DNA of 64,000 bases, taken from the NCBI GenBank assembly GCA_028534125.1, contig CM052818.1, forward strand, positions 7,814,001 through 7,878,000, given 5' to 3'. Below, piece after piece: positions 49,791 through 62,282 of the stretch (the first letter of the stretch is position 1; each line of letters begins with the position of its first letter). This stretch comes from Lama glama. Taxonomy: Eukaryota. Below the pieces are notes generated by a model. That model was given only the letters and a program-made list of their open reading frames with translations. It was not told where the DNA came from and did not search any database. The translations under genes and the position numbers were made by a program.

Positions 49791-50904
49791 AAGATCCTCC
49801 CTAATACCTAAGGGTGAGAGGGTGCCAATCTCACTGTTATTCCAAGTAGACATTCAGGCAGTAAGCAATGTTCCAAGATAAGCAGGCATCATTTCCATGT
49901 CTTAGAATTATCACCACCTTCAGAGAAGAATCATAATCAGAAGCTGGAAGTATAGGAAATAGGATTCAGAGTTGCAGGAATCAAGATCCAGAGACAGATC
50001 GGCTGCCCAGCCAAGTGGACTGGGTCTCAGTGTAAGGCTCCATTCCAGCAAGGAGTTGGAATTCTAAGGGAGGAACTTGAAGCCCAGTGATTGAAATGTA
50101 GCCAGGTTGAAAGGGTTAGGGACTGACATATGGCCACACAGGGATCATCAGATACCAAGTCTATGACAAGGCTAATTCTATGTCCCACTTATTGTATATT
50201 GAATCTGTTAGTGTATTCCCTATCCTAGACCCAGGAATTGAGCAATGATATGGGGGCAAGGGGAGGTTAAATGATGGACTCTGGTCCAGGATTGGCATAG
50301 CCTATCTCCCTGGTGAGTCAGGCAATGAGTCAAGAGAAAAAATGTGCTGAGCAGCTTCCAAGGTGAGAATTCCTGTCAAACAATTGCTAAACCAGTGTTT
50401 AGAAAGAGAAAGCTAATTTCTAACTTAATCCTTCCTGAATTAAAAAAAAAAAAGAAAGGATCCTTAATTACATTCTGTATTGACTCCTTCACGCATTATT
50501 ATATGTAAACGAAAGCTAAAGAATGCATACAAACAAAAACAAAGATGAACAAAAAGAACAACCTTGCTTGTTTCTTACTTCTACTAAAAAAGATTTCCCC
50601 CTACTAAGAGGTCTCCTTTCTTTTAGAAGTAGCCTAAAAGAGAAATTTTTTTTCTTTTGTTGTTAAGTTTTATGTAATATGTTCTCTTTTGAGGGCTTAT
50701 TTCAAAAGCCCTGTACACTGGTAGGACCTTCCTTTACTTTATCATCAGTCAGGTCTTACCTGGTTCCAAGTCTCTGTTGTACTCTTCTTCCCTACTTGTT
50801 CCTAACCATGAGCACAGTTCATCCTACTGTCCAGTCCAGACCTTGAACAGAAGAGATTTAAGGGACTCTAGCCCAAGGCTATGGGATTCAGCATCAAGTC
50901 ACCT

Positions 50905-51705
50905 TGTTACCGAACCAGACTTGGGCCCACTCACCCAATGTCCAACAAAGCCAATCTACTGACACTGATTTGTGGTAAAGGAAAATACAGTATTTATTCC
51001 AGGACACCAAGCAAGGAGAATAGGCAGCTCATGCTCAAAAGACCCAAACTCCCTGAGAGCTTTCAGGGAAGGGTTTTTAAAGGCAATATTAGGGTGAGGG
51101 TTGCAGGGTGTGTGAGCAGCTCATGGACTTTCTTCTGATTGGGTAGTGATAAGATAAGAGGGTGATGGTTTGGGAATCTTAATCATCAACCTGGTTCCAA
51201 CCAGTCTGGGGTCTATATGCCTGTGGTTGGCACGAGGTCACCATCCTCCAGCTGGGTGAGGGTCTTAACTTCTACAGAGCAACTCAAGGATATGAGATAG
51301 TTTGTTAGATGTATCCCTTGAGGAACGAGGACTGTTTCGTCGCTGAACTACTGTTTAAGCTGTCATTACTTTTCTTAATAGACTACTTTTCCTTTGTTTC
51401 TGCATTCTCTCACTTCTGTAATTATTAACTTCTTGTGCCTGCTCTTTGGAACTCGGAGAAGGCTTAGGAGACTAAAGCTTTCTTTCTACAAATAAGAAAA
51501 GGGGAAAAAATGAATAGGAGACACAGAGAGGCTCTTGTACCTAGGAAGCCCCCTCGGGGTCCTGCTTGGTTTTAATCTCCCCTTTCCTTTGACACTCCTC
51601 AATCCTGAGGGGAATGGGACAAGACATGAAAGGGAGTAACATTTTGGACAGAGAGGTTACTCATAAATGCAGCAGAGGAACTCAGTTTTAGGGGATTTGG
51701 TTTCA
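50905..51705 (-). mobile_element. Solo ERV1-class LTR, 801 bp (artiodactyl MER41/LTR39-like group)
   Basis: TG...CA ends; perfect 4-bp TSD ACCT (50901-50904 and 51706-51709); tttatt near 50993 is AATAAA on minus; tgttaccgaaccagacttggg...gctcatgctcaaaagacccaaactccctga. Confidence 0.92.
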
Positions 51706-52905
51706 ACCTTTGTTGCTAGTCCAGCTCTGTTTGCTCAAGTCTGATTACGAGTCTCGGATTCTCCAAGACCTGCCTGGGCTTCATTTTGGTTAACCGAGTT
51801 TCTGCCTTGCTTACTTGTGGCTGGTATCTGACTTAATATCTTCAACAACCAGAGTCCTGTTCTGTTATTGTCAAGGATGGGAGTCTGTCCCTGAATGCCA
51901 GCCAGGTGGCTAAAATTACCTGCCGATGGATCCCTGATCACTGTGCCTACTTGGACTTCCAAGCTGCTTTCCTCTGGGTTCCCTATTTCCTCCCTTTTGG
52001 ATTACCCTACACTGAGTATGAGAACCCAAATGATATCAACAGTTTGAATTTATCTACTGCTGTACCTGATAGATATCGTGCTGCTCTATACCTTCCTCAG
52101 CACCTTGAAAGAGGACTGCCTACTCCCAACCTCTCCCATCAAGCTGCACCTCATTTGGTGGGTGGATCGAATGCTAGGTGCTGGTGCCTCAGAAGCAGCT
52201 CCATCAGGAAGCAGTTAATCCAACTGTGTGTCTAGATTTTACTTTGTCTTTAGTTAATAGAGCTTCCGAGACTCCTAGCACTTGATGGAAATGAAGAAAT
52301 CTAGAAATGTTGAGGTTAAACATTAGAGTGGGAATGATTGTTAAGCAGGAACATGAGTAGACTAGCAATATCAAGTCACAATATGCACTTTATTCAAGTA
52401 AAGTATTTTAACTTGGGACTTCATGTGGAAAATTTCAGTCACTTCCGAACATTGATATCTTGGGACTTGATGTAATCCTGTTCACATATGTTTCACATTA
52501 CTCAGTTTAAAGGAAGAAGGAGTAACCATTTTCTTCAAATGAGAAACATAACTCAAATGAATAAATTTCCAAACACATGAAAATTAATTTGCATAATCTT
52601 TGGAGATAGGAGGAATTTATTTTAATTAATTTCAGCATCCTTCAAGAATGCACACACAAGGAAAAAATACTCTTTCTTGACTGTGAAACAATATGAGAGT
52701 ATCCAGCTTCATTTTCTCTGCCTTTGCCAGAAAGGCTTCCCACTAGCTGGGTTCAGGTTCTCTAGGGGCAGATGTGGTACCACCACATCCCAAACTGCTT
52801 AAACCCGAGGCTATATATCTAAATGATCTAAGCACAAGCTGACTTCTCCTTCACTAAAGTGAGTGTCTTAAATCTGACATGCCAGGTTCTGAGCCAGGCA
52901 CTGGG

Positions 52906-54338
52906 CAGAGGTGAATCCATGTTTGGTGTGACCTGAAGCTTATATAATTTGGAAGCCCTCTTTAAAAAAAAAACAAAACACTAAATTACAAACCACAAAT
53001 GGATAAGAAAATGAACAGAGAAAAAGAAATCATGACACATTTAAGGTTTTAAAAGCTGATAAATTCCACTAAAATGACAAAATCTAGAACAATAATATTT
53101 TTTAACTCATTGTCTGACAAACCTCTAGAATACTTTCTCCCTGTTTTTTTTCTGCATGCTCTTCAATAGTTTCTTCATATAACAGTAATTTTTGTAAATT
53201 TTTTTCTATAGAAATAATGGAGAGAGCTCTAGCATGGTTGATCGAAAATAATTTTTTAAATTGAAAATTAAAAAAAAATTTCTTTCCACCTCATTACTCA
53301 TTATTAGTAATGTCATGGAAGTTCTTAAGATTCGGGAAAACCTGTAACAAATTTCCCTCATATGTAAGCAGTAAGATTTGAAGCATTTCAAATCTTGTGT
53401 AGGTGCTAATTTTAATACTCTGAATTATCACTGATGTCCTCATTGTAGTGGTGTCTTATGAGTTTTATATTATCTTCATTGATTCAATATTTTATATGAG
53501 ATCAGCAAATATTTTAAATCCTACATCAGTGTGTTTATGTGCTAATAATTTGAGATACATAAAGCACTGTGTACTCAACTGTGCATATTGTTTGCAGTAC
53601 TGCTGCAGGTTTATTCCCCATGAACGCAGGGATAATAATAAAATCTATTTCACCTGATTCTCATTAAAATGGGTGAAAGTGTATAGTGCATTTATAATTA
53701 TACAAGTGACATTATCAAGTTCATTCTTACAGAAGAGAACTTCTATTTTGTTTAACATTGATAAGAATTAAATCCTCCGCTTGTAATTATACACATCTAA
53801 TTACTAGAAAAACTCTCCCTAGACTAGCTTCTGTTCCATACATTTCAAATCTAGTTTCTCCTCCACTGCCTGTATACTTCTGTGCTGGCCACTAAGGACC
53901 TATTCACATCATGATGCCACCTCTGGCCACTTCATCTTAGGGCCATGACACACATGATGTTATAGATGAATTAGGGGTGTTCCTGGGAGCCATTCCTGCA
54001 TTGAGATGGCTGGCAAAAACTTAACTATGCTCAGAAGTGACTATAAATCACATGAACATTCCCATTAAACCCAAACTAGATGTATCTCCAACTCAAATTT
54101 TCCTGAGTTGAATCTCACTTGCAGTCATTCCAGCACTATATATACCACAAGGGAAAGTATGAGATGCTCTTCTGGGGATGCTTTTACTTTGGTTGTGATT
54201 GCGGGTAGAATGCCTTACTTTTGCAAAGTTTGCAGAAGTATTTGACCATGTGAGCACATTGCTAGAGCTTTTCTAGGCCCCTACAGGTGAAGGGTCCCAA
54301 AGCTTAAACTTCATTAGCCTCACAGAGAGTTCCTGCTG
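52906..54338 (-). mobile_element. ~1.4-kb internally deleted hAT transposon with MER53-type ends (OldhAT1/MamRep38-like)
   Basis: Ends cagaggtgaatcca...cctgaagcttatataatttggaagccctctttaa and aagcttaaacttcattagcctcacag match the MER53 termini; minus ORF ILRTSMTLLIMSNEVERNFF...KNYFRSTMLE resembles the hAT dimerisation domain; degenerate 8-bp TSD gcactggg / tcactaga. Confidence 0.8.
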
Positions 54339-56269
54339 TCACTAGAGAAAAAAACTGTAAAACAGACAGCCTTTGCCCCAGTTCTGTCCCATTTCTTTTC
54401 TGGAGGTAGGGGATGCATGAGGCTATGCAGACAAGGAAATAGGCTTCCATATTCTGTGATCTGTCCTCATATTAACCCTGATACAGGACATAGTGTCCCA
54501 ATGCCAACTGCTGGGCTCCTGTATCATTCTCAGATGGGTACTTCTCTCCCACCATATCCCCTCTCCTCTGTCTCCACCCCATGCTCTTTGTTTTTGTTTT
54601 GTTAGATTTTTTGGTCTTTATTTGTTTATTATGGTTCTTATATGAAGATCCTTGTTTAGGGTCTGAGAGGTCAGAATTACAGGCACACCCTACAGACAAA
54701 CGTGTGTAATAATGAAGTGTGCCAGGAGCAGAAGGCAATATGGTTGGATAAGCAAAGAAAGACATGAGATTTGAAAATGTGAGGGTAGCCAAGGAAGGTA
54801 AAATGTGTATACATCTAATCATCATTTTTGAAAGCCATCTGCAGAGTTGGTATAAAAGAAAGTAATAACAAAAGGAAAGCAGGATATTTCTTTCCTTTTC
54901 TTTTTCTTTTCATTTTAATTAGTTGCACAATTGAATAACTAAGCTGTGGTAGTTTGTTCCTCTTGGTAAAAATAGAAATGTCCTTCTGATAATATTCATG
55001 CTGACTATAATGAACAATGACACAAGTGAATAAAATAGGACTATATCTGTATTCAGCATTAGGAAGAAAGGAAGTCCTGAAGAGTTCTGGGAGAAACCCT
55101 AAAGATGTACTCCAAGTTGTGGCTGCAAGCAGTTTTCACAGGCCTCCCACCACTAAGTCTGTTAAGTATAGAACCATATGCTTCTTCAAGTGTAAAAATA
55201 CGAAGTTGGAAAATTTACCAAGAAAAATTCTCCTGTTTCCCATTACATGTGTTGATTAGACTTCTTATTGGAAAGTGCATTGGCAAATGTCCCCCGAGTC
55301 ACACCCATCAATGACGTATTGCTCATTTTTGTTTTTTGTAATACTTGACTGTACTGGAAAATACTACTTGTTTGTACATGTGTCTTGAAGGGTTGTGTAA
55401 TTATTCTGGTTATAAAGTGTTGCAACATGCGTCTGCGACACGCTAGACATCATGAGATCTGTCTAAGGTAAAGAGAAAATTATATTGGCCTCCAATTTTA
55501 CTAATCAAATTGACTTAGTATTTTGGTTCCATAGTCTAATAATTACTTATATTTCTATCTTTTTAATTGACAGAAGTTGGATTATGGTCAATCCTCAAGG
55601 TAAACCTCCAATTTTAAGTAATGCTACTTGGATGTATGCTTGTTATAAATATATCGTTTTAAGAAATCTGTTCTGGAACAGCCAGTGAAAATAAGTCACA
55701 CATTTCACTCTTCACAATTAAAAGTGCTCTTAATTAAAAGATGATAGGTGTTTTTAAGTAAGTCAAAATTATTTTGGTCTAAGATAAAGACAAATCCTCT
55801 CCAATCAACACATTTTTCATCTTTTTTTTTTGTCCAGTTGTTTTACCAGTAGAAATAGGTAGAAGAATTTCTTAGTCTATTTTTCTGTTCTACTTGCTTA
55901 AACACACTTTGCTTGTGATGTGGGAATCCAGGTGACCCTGGGAAAAACCACAAAGTGGGAAACATTTGTTTTGGATACTGCCTCTTCTGTCCTGAAGTCA
56001 CCCATGCCCTTAGGGCCCCATCTCAAGTACTCTGGTCTAAATTTTTTCATTCAGTTCCTAGTACCTCATTCTATAAGATCATGGGTATAATATTTTATTT
56101 CCCCTGTTTAAATGTACCTGCTCTGTGTTTTTTTTCCCTAAGAATCCCTGGATACACTAGTTCAAGTAATTTTTTAAAAAGTCACAACAGATATAGGAGA
56201 GAGTTAGAGATGATCAAGGAATGTAGGAATCTCCTAGCAATGATGCCCTTTCTTCATTTGTGTTGTCTT

Positions 56270-56390
56270 GATCATTCATTCACTTGGCATGTTTCCTGAG
56301 CACCTACCACATGCCAGGAACTGTTCTAGGCCGTTTGAATACATCAAGTACCAAGAGATAAAATTCTGTGCTTGTGGTGCTCACATTTGT
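56270..56390 (-). mobile_element. L2 3' fragment
   Basis: tcattcattcac...tttcctgagcacctaccacatgccaggaactgttctaggc. Confidence 0.75.
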
Positions 56391-57859
56391 ACAGTTGTAT
56401 ATTTCTTGGAAGTGTGAATCATGCGCTTTCATATTGTAAGTCATAACATCAACACATGCAATTTGGATTTTTTTCATAGTTTCCTCTGATCATGCTTTAT
56501 GTCATGTCTGTATTACTTGATGAAACACAATTTACTGTCTTAGATGTGGTCATTGAAGTAACCATTCAGTAACAGACTTGTTACTCACCATAGTGAAAAC
56601 AAAGTGAGAGGCTGACAGGTTAAAGTTCATCGTTTTCATAGAGGTGAGGATGCAGATCAGGATCTAATGAGGCTGTAGTCAACACATATATTTGACACCA
56701 GGAGTATCATGAGCAAATCCTATCCATTAAAATTTCCCCAGGACTCCGGAAGGTTTGGATCAAAATGCTTACTTAGGTGCGTCTCCAAAACTGCTTAGAG
56801 CCATCCACCTAAGGACACTCCATAATGGGGCTGATTTTTTAATTCAGATACTCACTTTCTGCTTAATTGTTTATCCATAGAGTAACAAAGTGAAATGGGA
56901 ACATAAAAATTTAGAATAAGGAATTTGTCTGTGGAACACATATACTTAAAAAAAATTAGCTAAAGGCAGGTCAGTGATTAGTCTTGTTTTCAAACACGAA
57001 GCTATGCTAACAAATGTGTACTCTGTTTTTCCTAATAAAAATATACATGTTGTTACCATGATCATTCTGTCTTGATGTATTTTTTAAACATCTTTGGCTT
57101 GCTACACAATCGTATAAAAAGCCAGTGTTAAACAGCTCAAGTTCCTCCCGATGATTTAAATTAAAACTTGTAAGGTTCAGATTAAGGGACAGGAAATGGA
57201 GCAAAGAAGATACTAGTGGTGCTTTTGCTTCAGTTAAGTTGAAGTGTGCATGCATCTGGAAGATGCCTAATTTTAAGCTTAATTTTTAAAAGAAGGAGGA
57301 GAACAGAGGAGCATGACAAACCTTTCCTAAAATATAGTGCTGTAGGAAAAAAAATTATCTGTAGGACTGTTGTATTACGAACTTTATAAATATTAAAATA
57401 GAAGAGTAAATGTATATAATGTAATATTTATGGATTTTTAATTTATAAATGTCAATTTAGTGTCCTTTCAAAATACTGGCTGAAAAAAGAAAGACACTCT
57501 ACCCTTCTTTAATAATGAATGAGCTCAGCTCTCCACACCAGAGAGAGGGAGGCAGTGAGTGTGAACTCATGCCAAGTAGTCAGCCTAGGTATGTACAAAA
57601 GAAGCAGAGGGGAAGAGGGAGGAAAGAGGAAAGAATTCGTCTGGTATGGGAAAGAACCTGGGAAGGGAAAATGAGAGAGTGTGCCTAAGGAACCCATTTT
57701 TGCTAGCTTTGACTAGGAAAAATAGGAATTTATTTAAATATTCCTATGGATGAGGAAAAAAAACAACTCAGTGAAACTGAAGAACAAATCTGATGGAGAA
57801 ATAGATTTTTAAGAAATATTTTAAAATGTTTAAAGAGGATAATTCCATTTACTTCACAA

Positions 57860-58070
57860 TAATCACCACTTTTTGAACCTGCGTATTTAGAAAGCACAGC
57901 CAAACTCTTGTTATATGTTGTCTCCTTCCATCTTCACAACCTTGTGAGGCACCATAGTTATGTTCAAGCTCTATATTAAGAAACTGAGGCTTTCAGAGGT
58001 TAAGATACCCATCCAGTGTCAAGAGTCACACACAGATTTGCCTGCTTTTAAAGCCTATGCCCTAAACACA
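57860..58070 (-). mobile_element. MIR
   Basis: tcttcacaaccttgtgagg...aagaaactgaggctttcagaggttaag. Confidence 0.75.
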
Positions 58071-58779
58071 TCAGTTCCTTGCACGATTTCAATACTGAGA
58101 TTTATTTCACGTACTGCAATAAAATTGTGTACACGGTTTGGAATTTTCAGTTTATAAGAATACAAGAATCTTAAAATATTTCAGTTTGTTAATAATATTT
58201 GTATTGAGTAATTAGGTCTAAATTTTGAGTTGTTACTTCACTGTCTTCCCTTATGGCAGTAAGATCTTTGTCAGAGCTTCTCTCTAGAAGCTGCATACTT
58301 TTTTAAAAAAATAGATTTTTTGAAAAGTTCAGAGTTTTAAAAAGTTATCTTTGAAGAGTAATCTTTCACTTTTTTTTGATTTAACAGAAACTGACCAGTT
58401 TATCTTTTAATTTATTTTCCCTGCTCTTTATTTTTTTCTTATTTTTTAATCACATGTTTAATTTGCAATCTATACAATTAGTATTACAGACAGAATCAGA
58501 ACTTTTTGAACCCACATTTTCTTATGCCCAAATTCTGCTATCAAATGCAGGCACATTTCATTATTTTAAAAAGGAATTTCATATGCCAGCTGACCTGGCA
58601 TTATTTAATTTCGAGCCAAAGTTTGTCTCTGGGATTTCTCTATCTTCCTTTGAGTGCCCATCTGTCCACTTCAGAGATCCTTTCCTGGGACCTTCGTGCT
58701 GACCGTTGGCCACACAGGGCACCTAAGGTGACAACCCACTCTGCCTTGACTCTTCCTCATCTCAGCATCTTCTCTACTT

Positions 58780-59050
58780 GTTTTATTCACTCAACAAATG
58801 TAAGACATGGTCACTGCCCTCAAGGAGTCAGTGTAGAGGGAGTTAGGTACTAATCCAACAAACAAAATCTGCGCAAGCAAAAGCAATACTGCAAATGGTG
58901 CTATAAAATGGTGCTGGTGATTTGATGCTGGGATAGTTAGTCACAGAAGTCAGACCAGACTTCCTTATAAGGAAGTTACCCTTCAACTGCAGCTTGAAGG
59001 ATGAATTAACAACTGGAAGAGGGCAAGAAAGAGCTTTGTGGGCTAACTAC
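58780..59050 (-). mobile_element. L2 fragment
   Basis: ttattcactcaacaaat...agacatggtcactgccctcaaggag...cttgaaggatgaat. Confidence 0.65.
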
Positions 59051-59166
59051 CCAATTCTCTCTGCATTACCCAGTCATCCTTTTGCACGGGTGCACACTCA
59101 CACATGCACACACACACACATCATGCCATAGGTTGCCTGTGGATTGACTGCTTTGGGATTCATTGC

Positions 59167-59734
59167 CAAAGTGGATCAGAGTACGCCATCTTAAAAATAT
59201 GCTACTTTGGTATAAAGATTATTTTAAGCTGAAGGTGTTTGAGATCAACAAAGGCAGGGGGGAAAAGCCTTCTTGGAGCTTCTCTTATCTTAGTATAAGC
59301 ATCAGTTTCTGGGAAATAAAGCTGCCATCAATTCCTCCTCAGGGTGGATCTACTCTCAGGAGGAGGAATACGAATTAAACATTCTCCAAGGGAGTTTCAG
59401 GCTTTCAAGGAGCAGGAAAGACAACTTACACCCCTATAAGACAAACATTACAAACTCTTCTATCTCCTGTTTTGTCTCCTAAAAACCTGTTTAACTTTCA
59501 AAACAGTCAGTTTTTTTTTCTCCCTCTCCCCTTCACCTACTAAGATAGTATATAAGCCCTCAATTCTAACCACCCTTGAGTTCCTCATCATAGAGTATTT
59601 CTGTGAGTGTGTGTTGCACACCAATGAACTCTGGGTTTTTCCCCTCCTATTAATTTGTCTATTGTCAGTTTAATTTGCAGGCCTCAGGTACTAAACTCAA
59701 GAGGGTAGAGGAAGAGATTTTTTCCTCCTCTATA
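59167..59734 (+). mobile_element. MER34-like ERV1 solo LTR
   Basis: gatcagagtacgccatcttaaaaatatgctactttggtataaagattattttaagctgaagg...tatataagcc...taatttgtctattgtcagtttaatttgcaggcc...agagggtagaggaa. Confidence 0.88.
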
Positions 59735-59869
59735 GTGCCCACCTTTGGTCCCAAGAGCTGTGCCTGGGGGAGGGAGGGCAGGGCCCTGGGGCCGACCTGG
59801 AGTGTCAGATATGGACAAGTAGCAGTTTCACTTACCGGAACTATGGCTACAATAAAAATTCATGTCAGG

Positions 59870-60145
59870 GACATGCCACTGACTCCAACAAGCTTCCCTA
59901 GTCCCCTCAAGTGGAGTCGTTGCTCCTTCCTCTATTCCCTTACCTACCTCTACTGTTATACTTTCCCCACAGATTGTTTTGTTCCTATCGTTTACATATC
60001 TGTCTGCGTCCTAAGAAGGCTGTGTTTCTCGAGGACAGAGACTGTCTTTCTTACCTCTGTTTTCCTAGAACCTAGCACATAGTAACTGTGCAGTGCCTAG
60101 AGTGAGCACTCAGTAAATAATGCTGAATGAATGAGTGAATGAAAT
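59870..60145 (+). mobile_element. L2 3' end
   Basis: gaggacagagactgtctttcttacctctgttttcctagaacctagcacatag...agcactcagtaaataatgctgaatgaatgagtgaatgaa. Confidence 0.85.
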
Positions 60146-62262
60146 GACAAACTGTCACTGGAGTACCTCTCAAAAATGAATGAAATAAAGAACAGGAGAG
60201 TTTTACTGCTACAGGGTAAATGCACTGTCTCCTTGGACACTGAACTTATCTTATCTCTACCTCTTGGGCATGCATAGGACTAATGGGCATGGTGATACTT
60301 GCAGCATGATGCCACTAGTAGTAACCCTACCCCTGTTAAATGGAAAATCTTGGATGTGAAGGAAGAGGAGGTTGGCTGGCTTTTGGCTAATGTGTATAAA
60401 GTACCTTGCAGAATGCGTGGCATATAGTGGTTACTTAAATGTAACTTCCTATCCTCCCCTTTTCTTTGCCTTCCCAAGTCACTTCACATCTGTCCCATTC
60501 TAACGTTCCTAGGTGCACATCTTTGACATCTGTGACATATGCAGCATGGACAGGCATGTGTGATGGTGATTATGCCCAGCAAATACCTACCTGCACTTTA
60601 AGTGTGGAAACGCTGTAGGAAGGAAACAGTGGGTTCTTAGGGTACCCCTCAGGGGTGCAGCTTTGAAGTAATAGTACAGGGGGCAAACAGCACTAATTAA
60701 GCTGAATAGCTTAAAGAGCAATACGCTTTTCTCAATCTAATTCTGTAACAGACCTGAGTCTCCAGTTTTTCATTGTTGGCTCAATTCCAGCTGTGAATAG
60801 CGATCCCATTTATTTCTGAAGTGGTTTTCTTTGTGGAGGAAAAAATGTAAGATGATTACTCAGCCTGGTTTTCAGATCCCACATGTTTTTATGGTTTTTA
60901 TTTTGTTCTTTCTTAGAGCCTAAAGAGCTCCATTACACTGGAGTCTAACTACCTACTTATTTCATTTATCTTTTCTCTTCTGCCTGAAGTTACCACAATA
61001 AATGTTGTTCTCCAAACTATGCATATGTTATCTATCATTGCTAGGAAACAAAGAAAGACGTGTTGTCTTAAGAAGATTGCTATTGTTGAGCAAAGCAGCG
61101 GATGTCTTGAATCAGACCTTGTGGGCTGATTAAAACACTGATTCTCCTTCTGAAGTTGCTTTCCATTTGTTCCACTTCAGCCCCTGCTTCTGATTAGGCC
61201 AAGGATGTCCTTGGGAGTTCTGTGCTTAGAAGGAAAAATGTGTAACAGGAAAAATTTCTACTTCTCTATAATTAAGGATCTTGATATTCAATTTGGTTCA
61301 CCAGCAGGGTATCCTGGTGAAGAGCAAAATATCCTTCTATCTGTTCTTTCCAAGTTATATTCTGGCAGCCACAGTCTCCCATGACCCACAAGAGAACACT
61401 CTCCACTAGCTTTTTAAAATGGTGCTTGGACGTTTCTCACAGGGTAGACGGAGAGACACAATATCCGTTTATTAAACCGAAAGGCATTGAGCCAGGCCTC
61501 CTATTAGCCAGGTCCTGTACTCGGGATTGGAAAGATCATTGACTGCTGGTCACTCTTTGACCTAACACATTTTTGACCTATGCAAGACAGAAGCAAACAG
61601 CTGTGCATGACTGAAAACCTGAGTGCAGAGCATGGGACTGGAAATAAGACAAAGTTCCCTGGATTGTTTGGCACGTACAGAACAGCTGTGGAAGTACTGT
61701 GGGCAGGTGGGAAAAGACTGTGAGCAACACAAGGACAGGAACCCTGTGTTTTTCATCTTTGTATACCTAGAACCCTAATGAAGAAAATGAACTGTTAAGA
61801 AAATATGTCAAAAATTAGGACAATGTCTTGATTCTAAGAACAAGTTCTTGGAATCTTTTTGGAAAAAGAAATGAAAGGTTAATTCAGACATACAGATCTT
61901 ATTTACCATGAAACCATACTGAGCTTCAAAGCCCCGTGCTCACACAGTGGATTAGAAGTTGAAGCTGAGTAAAGTTTTTTCAACAGTGTTTTTTTGTCCA
62001 TCTGAGAAAGTGATTTAAAAGACTCTCTTGTAAAACTGCCTCCCATTTTTGCCCTCAAAAATAGAAAGCATTTACTATTTATTCCTCACAAGGTACTTAA
62101 TCAACATCAAGCCCTATTCCACGCCCCAAGGAAATACACACTTGCAGAGACATCGTCATCCTCAGGCGGGAAGCATGGGTGCCCCTCCCTGCCAGACAAG
62201 GGCTGAACAGGCCCGCTCAGCCTCAGCTGCAGTGTGTTGCCTCCGAGGCTCCTGCAAAATCA

Positions 62263-62282
62263 GAACATGCCAGGACAAGCTT
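62263..62282. promoter_or_regulatory. Candidate p53/p63/p73 response element
   Basis: GAACATGCCA GGACAAGCTT matches RRRCWWGYYY x2 at 19/20 positions with no spacer, in non-repeat, locally GC-richer sequence. Confidence 0.55.

Noticed and set aside
58454..58853. Overlapping 82-aa and 115-aa plus-strand ORFs
   Set aside because: No recognisable domain or good splice boundaries; the 3' part enters L2
59675..60082. 135-aa plus-strand ORF, the longest non-L1 ORF
   Set aside because: No ATG start; it runs from a MER34-like LTR into an L2 fossil and resembles no known protein
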